The notes below the pieces were generated by a model. That model did not search any database. It saw nothing but the letters and a program-made list of their open reading frames with translations, and was not told where the DNA came from. A stretch of 63,997 nt of DNA, counting the filler, from Stramenopiles sp. TOSAG23-6 (lineage: Eukaryota): NCBI GenBank assembly GCA_900128565.1. It is 13 parts of 13 records of this genome, joined end to end, with 100 filler letters (N's around TTAATTAATTAA, not from the genome) between each part and the next. Parts side by side here need not be neighbours in the genome. Positions count along the whole stretch, not along the records: positions 54,456 to 59,295 come from LT637042.1; positions 59,396 to 63,997 come from LT637116.1; 11 more parts are not named here. One strand, given 5' to 3'. Below are positions 58,750 to 63,997 of this stretch, one piece after another (the first letter of the stretch is position 1; every line of letters begins with the position of its first letter). Position numbers and translations under genes: made by a program.

Positions 58750-59181
58750 ATGCCAACGCAAACAAACCAACAAAAACTGCGAAAATCTAAAAATGAACGA
58801 AAGAAAAAAAAGGAAAAAAAAAGGTTAGCTTTCCAATATATGAAAGAACCACCCAATGTTGATTATCTGTTACCTCCAATATCAGGATCATTTGATGATA
58901 TCAAAGAAGAACATTATGACGTTGGAGAGAATTCTGGTATATCAATAGACATCGATGAATCCGTCGGTGGACCGTGCATCCGAATTTTTGATGATTCTGA
59001 ACTAACATTTGACGTAAATACAAACAAAAAGTTTCTCACTTTGTTTATTAAAAATGTTGAAAAATTTATGGAATTACATGTTGAAATGAAATTACAGAAT
59101 GGAAATAGTGTATTATTTATTTTAACAAACAAACAATCAGTAACACGTGTCAACTTTGATGCTGAAAATGGTGGAGGTACA
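58750..59181 (+). CDS. CFAP20/DUF667-domain protein, truncated
   Basis: FLTLFIKNVEKFMELHVE ... TNKQSVTRV. Confidence 0.6.
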
Positions 59182-59193
59182 TGTACGTCTTCA

Positions 59194-59229
<36 letters not shown>

Positions 59230-59242
59230 GAAAATTTTGTAC

Positions 59243-59291
<49 letters not shown>

Positions 59292-59752
59292 TTTTNNNNN
59301 NNNNNNNNNNNNNNNNNNNNNNNNNNNNNNNNNNNNNNNTTAATTAATTAANNNNNNNNNNNNNNNNNNNNNNNNNNNNNNNNNNNNNNNNNNNNTTTTC
59401 AGGATCAATTTTAAATTTATTTATTTTTCATACGAAATTTTGTACCTAACAAAAACTTTACTACAAAAAATATTTTTCCAAAATACATGGATACCATGAA
59501 TATTCAATCAGAGAAAAAATAGCAAGCTCTTGTACAGTTCAAAGTAGTATCTCAGATTCTAGTAGTATCAGATGTTTATCAACGGATGAAATCTATTCCA
59601 GTATTCACAAAATATATAGTCCTACTCATCTTTGTGGGTGTCACGATTGTCAGTGTATGTATGTTTTAATTTTTTTTTTGTATGATTTTTTTTTCGTACG
59701 AAATTTTGTACCTAACGAGTTTTTTTTTTTGAAATATTTTTCCAAAACGTAT

Positions 59753-62508
59753 TTCTCCTAAAAAGGTCCAGTGAAACTCGAGGTGAAGAACTAGATGATT
59801 TTGATTATGCTTTATTATCTGGAATCTTTGTTGCAAGTGCTAGATTGTTACATGAAAAAAAGGTACGCAAATCTAATTTAGATAGCCATGAAAAGTTGAA
59901 AAAAGATTTGGGTACAATTTTAATTAAGAATCTCGTGCCATTGTACGTTTTCAATTTCATTTTGTTTTTATTTTTGGTACGAAATTTTGTACCTAACGAT
60001 TTTTTTACTTAAAAAAATATTTTTCACAATACGGACTCCGTAAGTTTCAGGCTGATAGTGCCACCATTGAACAATTAGTATCTTTGCCTCGATATTTTGA
60101 CATTGAAAGTTATGAAGTTCATCGTCAGCAAAAAAGTTTCTCTAGACTTTTAAACATGTTGTCAGATTTATATTTAAAACACGGAGATGAACGCGTTTTA
60201 CAATCAATTTCAAACACATTTTTATTTCTAAAAGATGGAAAGCATTCTCTAAAAGACGAAGTCGTTGTACTCGCTCAGAAACTCACAAGTAATATAGTTA
60301 ATAGAGTTCAAGAACTACTACGTGATGATGAGACCGATTACCAAAAGGCACAATCTGTTAAAGAAACGTCATCAAAAATGAAGACTAAGGCACGCGCATC
60401 AAGTGTGAAAATTTCAAAAGAGAACGACAAAGAGACTAACCTTCTATGTTTCCTACGCCGTTTGCGAGCTTTATTTGAAAAAATTGATGTCAGTTCGAGT
60501 CTCCCCGCTAATCTATATAGCGCTTTACATACAGTCATTTCTCGACGCACTGAGGATGGCCTCCATTTACGTTCATATAGAGAAGATCCGCATTCTGGTG
60601 TTGTTGTGCAATCACTTTCTATTTTAGCGACTACATTGGGTCATGTATGTTTTTATCTTCAATTTCAAATGTATCAAACTTATTTTATTTTCGTACGACA
60701 TTTTGTACCTAACAGTTTTTTTTCGAAAAATACTTTTCACAATACAGGAAGTGTATACACTCCAGCGTCTTTTGGAAGATCAGTCAGATTCTGTCGGTGT
60801 TACCGGTGGCGATGATAATGAAGAAATGAAAGAAACCGATGAACTAGATGAAGCCCGGCTCATTGTAGAATCGTTAGGCAGCTACCGTGATAATATCAGT
60901 AATCGTTTATGCTCTATCATGGCAATTGATAGTTCCGATTGTCAGTCAATCAAGGAAATAAATCTCATCCGTGCATATAAACTTCAAGCATATTCTATCG
61001 GATTTGATATGCGCTCACTTTTTAGTGAAGCTGCTTCAAACGGTAGTGGACCGTATCAGAAAGATTCAACATATAATGAAAAAGGTTTCATATATCCACT
61101 CAAATCTCTTCAATATGACATGCCACCAACACTTATCCGTGATTGTCATCGATTTTTCAATGAAGAAATGGTCACAGGACGTGAGCGAAATGCAAAGCTG
61201 CTTTTAAGAAAAGAGAGAAAGAAAAAAGGAGATACATTTGCAGAAAAAATGGCAAAAGCTGAGCGTAATACAGCATTACTTCGATTATCAGATTCAGAAA
61301 TTTCAAAGACGGTATTTCCTCTTTTCCCAGCATTAGCTCGAGTTCTCAACTCTAATCCTAAGGCAAAACGTGAAGCAGCTGTTCTTGTATCTTTAATTAA
61401 TGAATCAGGAAAAACTGGATCCGGTATTGTAAATGATTGTACAAAGACATTACAGCGTCGGGTCGGTGGTAAAGAATCATATCTAAAAGTTCAAATGGCG
61501 GCACTTCGTCATACATATCGACAATTGCAAACATTAGCTGAAACCGGATCTGATGAAGATGAGGATTCCGATAATGAAGAATCGAGTTCTGCTTCTAAAG
61601 TATACCAAGCATATACAAATCTCCTGTCTCTCGCTAGTCGTCTTTCTTCGTTCTATGGAGTCGGTACTGTACCTGTAAATCTCCGCGTCGCATGGGAAGA
61701 TCATATATTAAGTGGTGTAAAGTTCGCGTTTCAGCAACTACCTAATCAATTAGGATTCCTCGATGTGATGGATTATTATGTGCGTAAATTGCCAAAAGCT
61801 GCCAAATCCAGTGTATTGAAAAAGTTTGAACTTTTGGCAGATGAAATGGGTGTCATAAAAGCCGCGCGTGAGAATCAGTTGAAAGTTCGTGCTCAAGGCA
61901 ACCATTCTGATGATGAAGACGATGATGACGATGACGTAAGTGAAAGTATGTGGGCTGCGTATACTGCTTTTCGTGACAGACTTGAAGAAGATTGTCAAAC
62001 AAATAAACGTAAACGTGGTGGTGTCGTTACTAAAGAATCGTTACATAAAAATGATGAAAGTCAACAAAATATTCGTCCGAGTAAAATATCTCGGAGATCT
62101 ACTGATGGATCGAGAATATCTCGAGAAAACAATGATACAGAATTTGCTATAAACAATCTCAGNGATGATGAGTCGGATAATGGTTTTGGTATAGAGTCAA
62201 AAAGTGCAAGTGCGCGTTTGATTGAAGCTGTAGACTCTGATGTGAGTGATTTTGATAATTCTATCGATCATGAATTTGGTAATTCTATGAGCAATAATCG
62301 CCGAAAACGACAGAAGACACTTAAACCTGAGTTATCATTTGCGAAGCATCGACGTCATAGTACACATAGGTCATCATATGATACATCTAGTGCTAGTTTA
62401 AAAAGTGGTCAGAAACGGTCCGCTGTGGATATTGACTCTGATGATTCAAGTGTAAATGAAGGAGATTACGATGGGCTTCCTGAACCTGTCATGAGTCAAG
62501 AGTTCTAA
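59753..62508 (+). CDS. Cohesin subunit STAG/SCC3, C-terminal part. Introns 59943-60034 (GT-GG) and 60645-60747 (GT-AG)
   Basis: LVPLLRKFQAD, LPRYFDIESY, KHGDERVL; acidic tail. Confidence 0.7.
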
Positions 62509-62817
62509 AATGTACATAAATTATATGAAATTACAAAAAATAACGTGTAAAAGAAGATATGACAACATTAATACCTCCTTTGACTTTATACTGTCTTTGT
62601 GGGTATTATATGCAAAAGCAACACATTATAAAGGATTATCGTAATCACAATACCATTATGTTATATATTCTAAACCATAGATAAAACATAAGATATACTA
62701 AACAATTGGTGCGACGAATAATTGTATTTTTATTTCTTCATTGAAAAGAAAACTATTTGTTAAAATAAAAACATGTATTTCTTGACTATAATGTTCTCGT
62801 AATAACTTTAGCCAAAG

Positions 62818-63997
62818 ATGGTGAAAGCTCGCTGTCTTGCACTAAATGTCTTGAGCTCTATATCCAAGATAGAAGCAGGTCGAGAAGCAATTATAAAAGA
62901 GAGCGTGGTACCGATACTATTTGGCTTGTTATCCGATTCAAGAGCAGAACAACGTTTCGCAGCTCTTCAGGTAGTTAACGTTCTTTCGGGATTTAAAAGT
63001 GGAAGAAAGGCGCTTCTTGCTGGAGAATTTCCAAAAAGTGCTCTACTATCAGCTTTGAGCGACGAGTCTAGTGGTGGAGCTCTCCAACTATGTATGCTCC
63101 AATCAATAGCAAATTTGACGGAGATGTCAACTGGAATTGATCTGATACTGGAGTGTAATGCATTACCAATTATTATACAAATACTGCGTGGATCCAACCA
63201 AAACGAAAAAGAAGAATCTGATGAAGTGGAAAAAGATTCTACCTTTCGTCGGAAAGTATTGATTGCGACACTTCAAACTGTCTGGAATCTTTCACACGAC
63301 GCTAAAGGTAACGAAATGTGTATGAAAGAGGATAGTGTTGCTGCTATATGCAAATCAGATGCGAAAATTCTTGAAAAAGCACCTGAATGGTCCATTGTAG
63401 AGAGATGTGCGAGTGGTGCGTACGTTTTCAAAATTGAATTTCCAATTTTTTTTTCTTAGAAAATTTCATACCTAACAAAACAAAATATATATATTTTTCA
63501 CAATATATTTTAATGGCATTGTCCACTTCCTTAGGTGGTAAAGTGTGCATATCAGAAACTTCAGAAGGAGTTGATGTCTTATCTGCACTAGCAGCAAGAG
63601 AAGATAAATCAATATCAACAAATGCATGGCAGTGTATGCGAATGACTGCGAAATATCTTCCTGTTGGACCTAGATTTGTCCTTTCCCTACTCGATCAAAC
63701 AAAACTACTCGTTGATGTCTTTGGTGTCGCTGCTTTACATCATCTTGGAAATCTTCTCAATGACAATGAAGGTCGAAGTGAGATTGCAGAATTAGCAGCA
63801 GATGCTATTGAGCTTATTACACGAAATGAGGAAGGACAAAAAGCAGCACAACAGGTATTATACATGGAAATAGGTCTTGCTCGAGTATTGTGTAATAATA
63901 AAAGTAATAGAGCTCAAAGAAGTGCTGCATCTGCACTTAATTGTGTCTGTACTGGAAACAGTGGTAAGGGCTGTTGTCGAGAACTAAACAAGGCGAT
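62818..63997 (+). CDS. Armadillo-repeat protein (RSPH14-like); GT-AT intron 63420-63508; runs off the window
   Basis: ARM-like helices; the join gives CASGALMALS. Confidence 0.6.

Noticed and set aside
59489-59752. Exon upstream of the STAG-like region
   Set aside because: The donor position is ambiguous (GTATGTATGT) and I see no recognisable homology, so I left it unassigned.

Overview
This window is AT-rich eukaryotic DNA. It consists of about 13 unrelated contigs of roughly 4.85 kb joined by artificial N-run/TTAATTAATTAA linkers, so gene order across linkers is meaningless. The gene content (V-ATPase A, MAT1, SIN1, THOC7, NIP7, DCN1, kinesin-7, STAG/SCC3, 6PGD, SelT, cilium-type proteins, LRR/ANK/RCC1 repeat proteins) suggests a flagellated protist; a stramenopile is my inference only. 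The main result is an unusual intron system. Conserved proteins can only be reassembled by removing a family of ~90-200 nt introns with three shared parts: a GTAYGT donor, an internal TACGAAATTTTGTACCTAAC element, and a TTTTCACAATAYNN acceptor. The last dinucleotide of that acceptor is usually AT, with a minority of AG and one or two cases each of GG, AC, CT and possibly AA. The upstream exon usually ends in AT and never in AG. Also present are a selenoprotein T gene with an in-frame UGA and a SECIS, a two-ORF DD37E Tc1/IS630-type element with imperfect inverted ends, and gene switches that occur inside introns.
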